DNA of 63,640 bases, counting the filler, from Intoshia linei (taxonomy: Eukaryota > Animalia > Orthonectida), in NCBI GenBank assembly GCA_001642005.1. It is 5 parts of 5 records of this genome, joined end to end, with 100 filler letters (N's around TTAATTAATTAA, not from the genome) between each part and the next. Parts side by side here need not be neighbours in the genome. Positions count along the whole stretch, not along the records: positions 35,723 to 56,468 come from LWCA01000676.1; 4 more parts are not named here. One strand, 5' to 3'. Positions 35,723 through 49,100 of this stretch are shown piece after piece. The number at the start of each line of letters is the position of its first letter. Positions within the stretch are counted from its first letter, which is position 1. The translations under genes and the position numbers were made by a program. Under the pieces are notes generated by a model. That model had not been told where the DNA came from, ran no database searches, and saw only the letters and a list, made by a program, of their open reading frames with translations.

Positions 35723-36247
35723 AAACAAAATGTTTCCTAATATGGGTGTTTTATGGATATTTACCATTTTGGCTAAAGGCATCTGATACACAGCAAGCTA
35801 GGATCAATGATATGGCTATGGTCATTTCTTGGGAATCAATGTAGACAATTAACCCCATTTTCAAAAGAATAATATTTTGCGCGAAATTAAAATTCATGAA
35901 CCACAAAGAATATCTTACAAATGATGTTACCAATGTCAAAAATGCTCCTTCTGTTAATGACCCAGTGGAGAGAGCATCAATGAAATTCAAGAAAGCCATT
36001 ACCATATCTGATATAGAAGACGAACGACAAAAAATAGTATCAATAATAATGATTTATAATATTGTAAATGTATTATAATAAAGTTATTTCTTGAAAATTT
36101 TCTGAAATTTTTAATGTCTTCCTGCGGACTCAATCCTTAATTGTATATATTAAAATTGAGCCATTCTTAATAATTTATTGATGTGAACTGAATTAGCCCT
36201 GAGCGGCAAGCAAAATCTAAAAAAAATGTAAAATATTGACACCCTAA
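35723..36247 (+). mobile_element. DNA transposon remnant (hATm-like transposase C-terminus and terminus)
   Basis: YLPFWLKA...NDM; SVNDPVERASMKF...DERQKIV; ends with ...CACCCTAA. Confidence 0.55.
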
Positions 36248-36383
36248 TGTACTGAGTGAACTCAACTCAATACAATAAAAATTAAAATAAATAGTAAAAT
36301 TTAAAGTGTCACTTTTATTGTTATTTTATGATTAAATTAATTTATTTAGCCGATCGTGTATAACAAATTTCAATTATAAATAT

Positions 36384-37098
36384 GGGTCAAAAATGACCCT
36401 GTGTGAGTAGTGAAGGGTTAAGGGATAAATCCGGTTTTACCAACCCTAAAAGGAAAAATTCCAGTTTTACGATAGTAGTAGTAGACAGTAGTTCGAAAAG
36501 TGAAGATGAATCAAATTATGAATACTTTAGTGATGATCTGAGTGAATCGGATGTATGTTTGCCTGATATTGATGATGGAATATTTATTGGAAAGGATTAT
36601 ATCACTAAATGGAAAATTTATGAAAACAAACTTGAGTCCACAAATATCAAAATAATCTCTATACAACACAAATATAGCAAAACCAGAGATGCTAAATGTA
36701 TAGATAACGAATTCCATGCTTTTCTTGGAATGAAATTGGAAATAATAATAAATAAAACATAAGTTATATCAAAATTCAACTAAATGGATATCAATCTGGT
36801 ATGCATAACGCGAACACTAATTGTTGTAATGATTCAATTTTTTCCGATACATCAAATAAAAGACGAAGGTGTCATTTATATATTTTTGATATTAATTAAA
36901 AGAAAACTAAGAATATGTGTGAATTATGCAATGCATATATTTGTAGAAACCATTGTTATTTAATTTGTAAACATTGTATAGAATTAAATAGCTCAAACAA
37001 TTAAATTTTACAACTGACATTTTTATTGCTTTTATATATTTTTCATTCATTAATATGGGTCATTTTTGTCCTTTGCGACTATTTACGTTTTAAAAATG
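36384..37098 (+). mobile_element. piggyBac remnants (one terminus at 36384-36420, internally deleted transposase with C-terminal Cys-rich ribbon, terminus near 37098)
   Basis: GAGTAGTGAAGGG|TTAA; acidic N-terminus ...FIGKDYITKW; RRRCH...CELCNAYICRNHC...CKHC; GGGTCATTTTTGTCC...GTG|TTAA. Confidence 0.7.
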
Positions 37099-37149
37099 CG
37101 CGAGCATTAAAGTGTTAAAGGTTGGTAAAATTGGGATTTTTCCTTAGGG

Positions 37150-40100
37150 ACTTGTATTTTTATTTTATGTATATTTTATACTAATCTCCAAGTAGATTAA
37201 TTTAACATTTTCACTAATGTTGACAAACGATAAAAATCATTGAATCAATTGACATTACCCGTCAAATAATATAATTTCAAAAAACTTGTCAAAATTTAAT
37301 TACAAACTTTACATAAAATCAACACCGATTAGCATACACGGAATAACGATAAATTTGAAACAATTTATAACATGCAGGTTTAACATTTAGTTTATTCATA
37401 TAAGTGTTCTAAATTTAAATAATATATCAGTTTATTATTATGGCTTGAAGTTAAACAAGAAAACATTTTAAGGGTGACACAATTGAAAATCACTGTGATT
37501 GTCATTTGTAATGTACATCAGGCATTCTCAACCCTTTTTCGCTGTGGACCCCAAAAAATTATATACATTACATCATTTGTTTATATAAAATTTGAATGTG
37601 TTACCGTTTATTTAAAAACCCAATTTCTAATAGTTTTTCAAGAGTGATGCTGCATCGCAAATTACATTTTCCGAAATTAAGTGCTTCAGGGTCAAAAACA
37701 CAATTTTATTATTGTTAAAATAAAATCAGCTTAAAATTAAAAAAAACACATTGTAAAACGCATTTGAAAGTCATTAACATTGAAACTTACATCTTCATAG
37801 TCAAAACCCAAATTACCCTTTTTTTTTTAAAGTAAAAAATACGTAATTTAGTTTTAATGGAAAATAAATATTAACATATTATTATTAGTAAATTAGATGG
37901 CCTTAATTAGTAATAATTACTATCATTGCGGAAATATCATTTGTCTCTTTATTTTATTTTTATAAATAATATTTTTCATGGATTCCTACAAAAAACTGCT
38001 GTGGACCCCGTTGAGAATGGTTGATGTACATTGTACATGACCCAAAACGTACCCTCACCAGGTTTACAGATAAATAAATAAAAAAAATAACAGATTTATC
38101 TATCATATAAGCTTTACTGTACTGCCCATCAATAAGGTACATAATGGAAAGATTGAGCAGCATGTAAGATTTTGCTAAATTGACAGTATTTGGCATCCAA
38201 GGTTTAGTGTTGACTAAAATAAATAATAAACATTAATATATACTTCTAGTGGGCGAACTTCAATAATTACGAAAAAACTGAAAAAGAGTAACTTACTCAT
38301 TATAAAAGCAAACGATAAAATCATTTAGAAACAATGCACAATATTTACTTAAAACAAAGTAATAATGGCAATCGGAGATGATTACATTTTTAAATCAAAA
38401 TTAGATTAAACACAATGAACACTGAGTCGCTTTACTTTCATTCCATCATCTAAACACGGAACAAATTGAATCGATGGATATTGACATCACAACAACCCCA
38501 AAAAGCAATTTCATAACTATTCATACACATTCCAAAAAAAATGTCTAAACATTTTGACTGCAACCCGTAAATGGCCATAGTTTATTACCTAAATATACCT
38601 TAGAAGCAAAATTTTTGAATTCTAAATTGGCGGAAACATTCACATTTTAAAAAATATTTTATAAGAAAATAGGGTTGAATGAAATCGAATGAATGCATTA
38701 ATTCAATTCAATCAGATTTAGGAGATTAACTAACTAAGATAGGTATACCTCAATTTTATGTGATGAGGAAAGATTAATTGTTTATCGTGGATATGAGTGG
38801 CTTACAACTTGCAATTGGATTCTATAAGGGATGATGTGTTGTTCTTTTGTATATTTCGATCGTTTTCTGGTAATATTCCTGCTAGTGTCAATTTCAACGT
38901 GTTCACCAATTCAACGTTGGAAAAGAAGGTAATCATCGATTATTGGCATTGGAATTCCCAAAGACTATCATCGTGTTCGAGCAAGTTATTACCCGTGCGT
39001 TTGGTGGTCTCAGAGTGATACGTTAACATTGCCAGAGGGTAAATTCACTATAAAAAACCTAATGATAGCCTAAGTCGGTTGGCATGCCACATTCTAATCC
39101 AATTCTATCCATTCAATAATTTTATAAAATAACAATGTAAGTCGGAAATAATATTATTAGATTTCTAAGTTATTTCATATAATAGCCATGTCATTTGTAT
39201 ATTGAATCAGGTATTATATTATTATCCTGTTTATCACTTAGAATTAATTTGTTGTTTCTAAATGGTATAAAATTGTGATCCTGATTTGATACTTTGAAGT
39301 AATAAAACCATAACTGATTATATAACTTATTTTATTATTTAACAAATGGGGTGGAAAGTATTTTATAGAGTTCCGCTCGAACTAATCTGGATTTTTACAG
39401 AACAAGTCAAATGGTACTTCATGTGGATTCGGAAAACCTCAGCATTAAGTCTGAGAGTTGATCGGTTCTCATACCCTATAACATGAATCAAGATATATAA
39501 AATGATTTCCATTTGAGTGTATGACGTTCACAACACTTGTGTACACAGCGTTCGGAATGTCACTGACGCACTGTTTAGAACAGTGTTTCCCAACCTTTTA
39601 TCTTTTAGTGCCCCTTATAAAATTTTCAAATGATAGCGCCCTATTAAACGGTTTATTTATACAATCGATAAATTAAATCGCCTAACCTTTTCCATCATAA
39701 TAATTTAAATATTGTGATATGTGAAGTAAATTAGAATTAAAATAAACGCAAATTAGACAATAAAAAAAATTGAGGCACGTCACTATAACATATACCAAAT
39801 TAAAAATTTTAAATGGGATTCAAAGTAAAAAATTATGATAAATTAGCCACAAACTGCAAAAATATTTTGAAGTTTAATCAGCTATAATTCCCTAGTAAAC
39901 ATTTTCTGGAACAAGTCATAGAGGTGAAAAATTTACAAATGTTTTAATTGGTATATTATAATTAATATATAATTTTTAATTATGTCTAACCAAGGATCAT
40001 CAATATCACACCTAGTCTGCTGTGAAAAAATTGAGAAGTCACCGGACAATGATTACATCAAACAAAAAATTGCATCTATTATGTAACTTCAAATAAAACT

Positions 40101-43100
40101 TTAACAATATTGTATTGCTATAATATCAAGTTATTAATAGCAGTGCTATTAACGGATGCTGCTGCATACATGTTGTTAGGAATAACCAAATTAAAAAGTG
40201 AAGCTATAATACTACCAAACGGAGAGGCTGGTATTTATAAATTTATTTCACCTAACATGTGTCATACATTTATACCATAACATGGGGTCAAAGTAAGCAC
40301 GCATTACAGAGTTGTTAATAAACTGATTACAACGCTAAACGATGATTTAGCTAAAAGTGACTATAGACGAAAAAAATTTATCAACATTCCTGTACCTCCT
40401 GTTTTCCAAAACCAGATTTGGTGTGTGGTTAAAATAAGTCGAATATTATGTAAAACATATTTTAATTGTTAAAGGCATAGTCACTAATATTTTGGGTGAT
40501 TAGAGTCTCATCAATGAAGTAGCAAATATTGAATTTTCAAATACTAGCAGTTATAACGATTATGTAGATTTTGATTATAATTGTGATAGAAAAAAAGTTA
40601 TTAGCAGGGGAACAATTATAATTATTAATTAATAAAAACAAGCGTTTAAATTAAAATATACACTTAAAGAAATATTGATTATTGATACAAGAATAGATAA
40701 GACGAACAACCATTGAACCAAGACCAATTACCATAATAATATAATTGATACAATTGGAAGTAACTTTAGTAAAATGACCAAAAAAGCCTACACTATTAAA
40801 AAAAATGATAAAACTAGTGATGGAAAGATTCAAGCAGATAAATCGGCTAAAGGTCCAAATAGACCAAATGTAAGTGATATACATTTTGACAAAGACAAAT
40901 GGCAAATGTACAGCAAAAAGAACGTCCACAATGTTCAATCACCACATTCAGTACACAGGGATTTGATTAGGTACTTAGATCTTAGCAAGGAGCAAAAAGG
41001 ACAAAAGTTATATGATTCCGTAATAGGAAGCAACTCTGAGATAGATAGATTGCCCGCAGCTCAACAAGCGAGAACGGACTCAGGGGATAGATATTATGCT
41101 CAGGCTGCAATGATGAAGAAATACACAAAGCAGAAAAAGAGACTCGATAAGAAAAATTTTTGATTTATCTAATATCTATCTTATCTTTATATCTATCACT
41201 TGTGCAATTTTTCAAATTTAAATAATTGATATGACAAAATAAGATAAACAATTACAAGATGTGGCTTATTTAACACATACCATGGAAAAACTTATGCAGT
41301 TGCAGTCTTCACAATCGAAAACCCAGGTACTTATTCAGCACTGCCTCTGTATCTATTGTCTTTTCTCGATTATAAAAAATCTGCTTATATTCGACAGTAG
41401 AAGAAAAAATGATTATAATCAAAAACAAGCAGACTTTTAAGCAGACTTTGAAAAATATAAAAAATGCGTTAAAAGAATTTAGACAGCAAAAATGACATAT
41501 GTGTAAATTATATATTCGGAAATTGCAACTCAATATGCAATAAGGAGCATATCGACCCTATATGCAACAAGTGTGGTAGGAAGGGTCACAATAAAACTTT
41601 TGTAATTCAGAAATCAATACTAAACAGTATTCGTTATTTTATATTCCTGCCAAAATAGAGGGTAAAGAGGTTTCATGTTTAGTAGATACGGGGTCAGTAG
41701 CATCGTTTTTACCAAATACTTTCACACCTAATAAAAAATCAACATCTTTATATTTCTCAGTCACGGGAGCAAAGTTATCTATCACCGGTGAATGTAGATC
41801 TAAAATAGAGATAAAGTCACTAAAAGAATCATTTATACACACATGTGTAGTATCTAATGATGTAATGTACCCTATATTAGGATTAGAGTTCTTACAGAAT
41901 AATTCAATCGACATAACTCAAAATCCTATACGATTAAAAATCAATAACTTGAATTTTATTTTTTTTGTTAGGCGATTCGAATTTAAATCAGTCGATCTGT
42001 GCGACCCAAATATTAATGGTACTACAAATCTAGAGGCAATGGCATCATTAAACGATAATTTAAAGAATATAATATACAAACATAAGCATATTTTTACGAA
42101 CAAACCAGGAAAGTCAAAAAATTACACTCACGGCATATCAAAGATAATGAAAAGCCTATAGTAGGTCATTCTTATTCACCACCTATCCACCAAAGACAAA
42201 TAGTATCGGATCAAATAAATGAAATGCTCGACAATGGAATTATCGAACTTGCTAAAAGTCAATACGGATCATCTTGTTTAATTGTAAAAAAGAAAAACGG
42301 TTCTAATCGATTCTGCGTGGATTATCGATTATCTTGAATTTGCCATACCTTCACTTTTGAATGGTGTGCCTATACTTACTGCTCCCCAAATCGCAGTAGG
42401 ACAAATTGATGATAGTATGCAAGGACGCATTTCTGATCCAGGAACAAATAAATATGGACTAGCTTCAGCACCACTTTCACTATACCATTTAATTAAAAGA
42501 TGGTCAGGAATTACATATAATGAAGGACCTTATTTTTCCTATAGACCAGCTAGAACCGTAATCTCAACCTATAGTTTAAAAGCACCTTTGTGGTTTTATC
42601 TTGAATCAATATTTAAATACATACATGGAGGTTTTGAAGTATTAATTAGTATTGAACCAATAATGTTTGAAGTACAAATAGCCAATAATCCAGAAATTAC
42701 TACAGCAGTTTCTATAACGGAAGAATACATTACTTTATGCGGAGGCATATTACAAATAAAAAACAACAAACCTTTAGGACATATACCTTATCGATGTGAA
42801 ATACCTTACAGTTTTCATGAATATCCCATTTTTGGATTCCATGGCGATGAAACTTATCAAAGGACTACTTATTCACAATCGGTAGCACAAATACTCATAT
42901 TCATAAAATTTATTAAACATGAAATCTATTAAAAAACTAAAATCAACACATTCTGCCAATAATTAAAATGAACTGGAATCGCAACCGAATTTAGTTTTAA
43001 GTCAAGGTTTATACTGATCAACTAAAAAACTGTTGTAGATAAAAAAAAACGAATACATCATATATAATAAATAAATTTCTTCATACTAACGTAGACTTTT

Positions 43101-46100
43101 TCAACGAGATGTATTTCAATCATAAAAGAAATGTATTATTCAAATTTAACACAAATAAGTAATTATAAAAATGTAGATAAATTTTGTACAATATGCGGCG
43201 TATACATAAAAAAAGACATAAATTATCTCATGAAAACCAATCAGCAAAAGCAGGAAAAATAAGTTAACATTGGTTTAAACTTTAGCGCAATTTTAAACAT
43301 GCCAACACACGCAGTCATCACTTTAACATAAAAAAAAATGATTGTAAATATTAAAAGTAATTGAATGTAGAATTTGAAATAATTACCTTTAATAAGTCTT
43401 TTTTGGTTTGGATTAAAAACGGAGACATTATCAACTTTATCAATGTTTAGAAAAGTGGCAGCAATTGAAATTTTATCAATATGCATATAAGCTTCAGCCA
43501 TATACATTCTAACAACATACCTAAACATTATATAAAAAGTAAAAAAATTTAAACTTTTGAGCGGGTGAAGATTCATCAGAATGAAGAATCTTTTCCCCAT
43601 AATAGAGACAATTGTAGTAATCACCAAGATGCAATAAAATATAAATTTTCATTGAATATACGGCCATTCTAAAATACATTTATAAGTTAATTAAGTTTTT
43701 CTTTATCATTCATTTTTTATATTTTAAAACTTAAATATATAGTGGAATCTCGATTATACATAAAGCAAATTGCACAATATCTTTGTGCTATTTTTGTTAT
43801 AACTAAAACAGATTTAAATTACAACTAATAAATAAAGGTAATTTGGCGCCACATTTGAAAACTAACGATAATGAAAATTAAAAGCAATTTAATAAATTTG
43901 TTTGATAAAATCAAAATAATTGATGAGGTGGAATTAGGGAAAACCTATGGTTAAGTGGCTGCAAAATTTCATAAGGCTAGATCAACTATTGTGTCTATAT
44001 TCAAAAATAAGAAAAATATTATGAAATTGAACCATGATAACACAAAAATTTTAAAAAAAAGAAAATCTTTGAATTTGGGTCTAATGATAACATGGATAAA
44101 GCAGTTCTTCGATTTTTTCTGCAAAAAAGAGTAGAAAAATTACCTGTTTATGCGTATGTTACAGGAGTATGAGAAAAATTATATTGAAGAAAATGATCCA
44201 AACAGTACCATAAAATGTAGTTATGGCTGGCTACAAAGATTTCAAAAAAAGATTTTCAATATCCCTCAGAATATTATCAGGTGAACAATTGTCGGCTGAA
44301 ACTTCTAAAGTGGATCAATTTAAAATTCTTTTTAAGGATATTATAAAAAAAAAGAATTAAAATTATGTCAAATTTACAATGCTGACAAAAGTGCCAGCTT
44401 CTGGAGGAAAACTTGCAAAAATTCATTGGTGCATGCATCCGAAAAAATTGTCAAATTGCAAATTTTCAATAATAAAAGGCATTGAGCCAAAAGCATTATT
44501 GTTATTAGACAATGCACCGGCCCATAATCAATCGGAGCATTTAATTTCCGACGACGGTCTTATATCAGTTTTATTTCTGCCACCCAATTGTACCTCAATT
44601 CTTCAACCCATGGACCAACACGTTATAAATTCGATTAAACTCAAATACTCTAATAAATTAATGAAACGTATTATGGGAGAACGATAAAATAGAAGAAAAT
44701 TTAAAAAAAATAAATATATTGGACGTTGTAACAATGCTTCAAGATTCTTGGGAATGTGTGACTGAAAACGAAATAAAAAAATCGTGGAAATTGGTCAAGA
44801 AAATAACATTGATTATGAAATTGTAACCTCATCTAGCGTTGATAGCGATTTGTCTGAAAATTTACCTATAGACATTGTCAATATTATGCATGATTTTATA
44901 ACTGGAAACGATACATCTGATTCCATTGATGAATATAATACTGAACCTGATACAGAATTGATACATATTCCTTATTTTAATGATACAGAAGATTTTGATC
45001 TGGCAATAGAAAAAGTGGAATCCTTGATTCAGTCATCCAATAAACTTGATATGGATTGTAAATTAAAATGTTTAATAGATAATAAAAAATTGTTACTTGA
45101 AAAAAAACAAAATTATATACAAAAATTGTAGTTTAAATGTAAATATGAATAAATTATCTTTTTTATTGTTATTGTATAAATTATTATTCCGTTATCGATT
45201 ACTGTATATCAATGATTCTTCAATTATTAACTCTCAAAAATTAATTCTCATTAATTATCAACTACTCTTTTAAAAATAATCTATCAATAAAATAAAAATT
45301 GTTGTTCGCGATGGTCCTAAATTATTGTATATTGATAAATCTGGCCCTTCTGAAAAAAAGTTGAGAACCCTGCTGCATACATACAAATAGATGTTGTTTG
45401 TACGTAGCACAACACACTCTGATCAGGGTTTTTTAATATTTATACTCAATTAAGTTTTAAAATAAAATTTCATCATTATTTAGTATATTATAATCTATTA
45501 AAAATACTAATTCTTATTTCAACAGAATTATCTAAACTTAAAATTTAATATGAAGTTTTGATAATTGACTGTATGTAAGATCGAGATTCCACTGTACAGA
45601 GAAAGGTATTTAAATTAAAAATTCATTAAATTTTGTTAAAATGCAATGTAATATAAATATGGGAATAATCGCTGTTATTAAACTTGCAATTTATTCAGGG
45701 TCCAAAATATATTGTCATTAGAAACAGGGTAAACTCATAATACAATATATTCTATTTTAATAGTTGAATACATTGTTTTAATTGTTATTATATTATGAAT
45801 TACATGAATGCTTCGGTTTCAGCAGTAAACATGGGTTTAGCTGGTCGACATGGAATGAATCTAAAACATTTTAAATTAAATAAAAGATATCATTATTCAT
45901 AAGAAAAATATAATTGATTAATGATAAATTTTAATAAAAAATAATGTAACAATTAATTTAATAATAATTTAATTAAAATCAAAGTAAATGCTAGTATATT
46001 TATATCGTTAACTTCAGTGCATATAAACACAGTGGATTCAACTGAGTTAAACCTCAATGAAAAACATCAGGTGATAACGAAGTTTCTTTTTCTGGAAAAA

Positions 46101-49100
46101 CGATATTGATTTCATTTTTATACAAACAAACTTGTTCTCAATAGAGTTCTGCAACACGGTTCAAACCTATTGTTCAATAACTATTGACCACTATTTAACA
46201 AACAAAAAATTAGAAATTTTAACAAATATTTTTTTAAACTGAATTCAATATAATTGTATAAAAAAAGTAAAATTAACACAATTGTACTTGCAATAATTCA
46301 GTTATAATGCTTTTTAACGAAAATCTCGTAAACTTCTTTTACATAATACTGATAATTACAATTAATATTACCCATAAAGTTGCTTGGATCGAGGCCAGTG
46401 CTTATCCGTTATATTTAACGCATTTTCTATACATATGCGGGCAAGTTCATAACTTGGTTCAGGGTTTTCAGACAATATACCATCCAGCAACTTTCTAAAA
46501 GAAATATAAATTGAATAACAATTGAAGTCACTGAAGAGTTAATGATAGAAATGATAATCAATTTCATTATGATCGTGCACGAATTCGTTTAAATCGCCTT
46601 GGGGTTAAACCAAATTTTTCAGATATGATAGAAGAAATATGTAAATAAGAGGAAGTCAATGCAACTATGGAACGTATTATATTCTATAATTCGACACGAA
46701 ATTTAAATGAATTAATTGATGTATTTATTAACAGATTGTATGTGCAAGCTGAGAAATGTAAATTTGGTATTGAAACAGATAATCGTCTTAGAGATATAAT
46801 AATTCTTAAAGTAAACAATTATAAATTACAAACAATTATTAAAGAAAATTATTTGAAATTACGACGTAATCAATGAATGTAAAAATTTTGAAATTTTATA
46901 TAATCCTAATATAAATGCTATTAAATTTGATGATGAATCTAAACCTATAACGGATTTAAAAAAAATCTCCCATTGTCAAAAAGAGTGCTATGGATTACAT
47001 TACTATGTGGAAAACATTGTGTAAATAAAAAATATGATTGCCCCGCATGGTCGCATAAGTGTAGCACGTGTGGTAGTTTCTCTCATTTTGATCATATATG
47101 TCCATCTAAGGGTTCAGTTAATGCGGTCGATAGCTTACAGGATGTGAATTCATTATTCATTCAATTGGAAACAAATTTAAGTCTGTTAATAAATTTAATT
47201 CAATTAATCGTGTTGAGGTTAATTCTCTTAATTCAGAATATGAACTTATTATTAATCGATTTAGTAAAGTATTTAGCGATGTGTCAGGTAGAATTAGTAA
47301 TATGAACATAATATTCCATTAGTGAATGAAAATATAAGATATAAAAGTCCTATTTATCCCACACCATTAAATCTCAGGAAATTTGAAATAAATCTAATAA
47401 ATGATATGTTAAGTAATGGTATCATAGAACCTGTTGATCATTTGAATGACCCTTGCACATATTGGAAGTCTCCAAAATTGGTAACCAATTCAGGATGGTA
47501 TTTAATTTTAAAAAATTGAATGAACAAACAACAAAAAAATACTTATCCAGCACCTAGCTTCCAGTCCTGTTTAGATCATATAGCTGGTAATAAAATGTTC
47601 ACAACACTGGATCTTGTATCAGGGTTCCACCAAATTTTACTGAAACCGACTGATCGTAATAAAACAGTCTTCTCTTCAGGATATGGAAATAAATTATATC
47701 GCTTCAAACGCATGCCATTGGGATTATGTAATGAGCCGGCAACATGTCAGCGTGTTATGGAGAATATACATTCAGTGATTGTTTATATGGATGATATTAT
47801 TATAGCTTCTAAGAATCGTGCCGACCACATACAAGATGTGACACAGGTTTTAACCAGATTAGAAAAATTCGGTGCTACTGTCAAACCTTCAAAATGTAAT
47901 ATCGGACAAACTGAAATGTATATTCTGGGTCACCTAATTAATTGCAGTGGCATCTTCCAGACAGGAATTGGCGCTGTTTTACGACAGAATGATAAAGTCA
48001 TAGAATATGCTAGTACTTCCTTTAAAGGTGCCCAACTTTGTTATAGTACTGTTGTCAAAGAATTTTATGCCGTTTTATGGAGCGTCAAAAAATTCAAACA
48101 TTATTTATATGGTCGGAAATTCATTGTTATAACCGATCATAATCCACTTACGAAAGTCTACTAAACTAACTAATCGTCTTCACAGATGGGTTGAACGTTT
48201 GGAAATATTTGATTTTGATATAAAATATCGTCCCGGTAAATTAAATGTGACAGCTGATGTTCTATCTAGATTAACCTCAAATATCATAGTGAATTCTATA
48301 GTCACTAAAGAATCCTTTGACATTTATTAACATCAAAAATCTGATCCTCATATTACACCAATAAAGGAATGTAGTGATATGAAATTTCTCCAAAAATCGA
48401 ACCTTTATCACTATTATCGCAACCACATTACTATGAGCGACGATATCGTTTATTTCAAAAAAAATAACGCCTCCTTTCCGATTGTTCCACAGTCACTTAC
48501 TTCCTCAGTAATCAATTTTTTTCATAATAATCTGTCACCCAGGAGTTTCTAAGCTATACAAGATCATTCATCAGAAATATGTTTGGTCTAAACAGCACAA
48601 TGATATTCGACAATTTACGGCAAAATGTACCATGTGTAACGTAAATAAACAATAAAATATCAATATAAACCTTATTGTATACATTTATTATCGTAATCAG
48701 AAACATAATTTGTATTTTATTGATTAAATATCTTCATTTTCACTACAGGAGTATATCGATTTTTAAAAAGTCATCAATGTCATATTTTTTTCTTAATTGT
48801 CATAATTTAAAAAATTTTTTATTTTCTTTGTTTAAATGTCAAATGTACTAAATTATGTCACTTAAATCAACAATTTATGTTTCAAGTGCATTATTTTAAT
48901 ATTAGTTAACCAACTATAAATCAACCAAACCTGCAAGAACAACTTTTATATATAAGCATGAACTATGAAACATTTCCATCAATAATTAAACTCTCCAACT
49001 CGTTTAATTTTCAAAAAGAGGGATAACAGCAGTTTTTGACCCTTAAGATGTGAAATTGGGAGGTTGAAATATATCTTAATATACGTCCCGAAAAAAACTG

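Noticed and set aside
40690-40705. RIDKT peptide shared with the orphan at 54440-54460
   Set aside because: Only five residues with no flanking similarity; probably coincidence.
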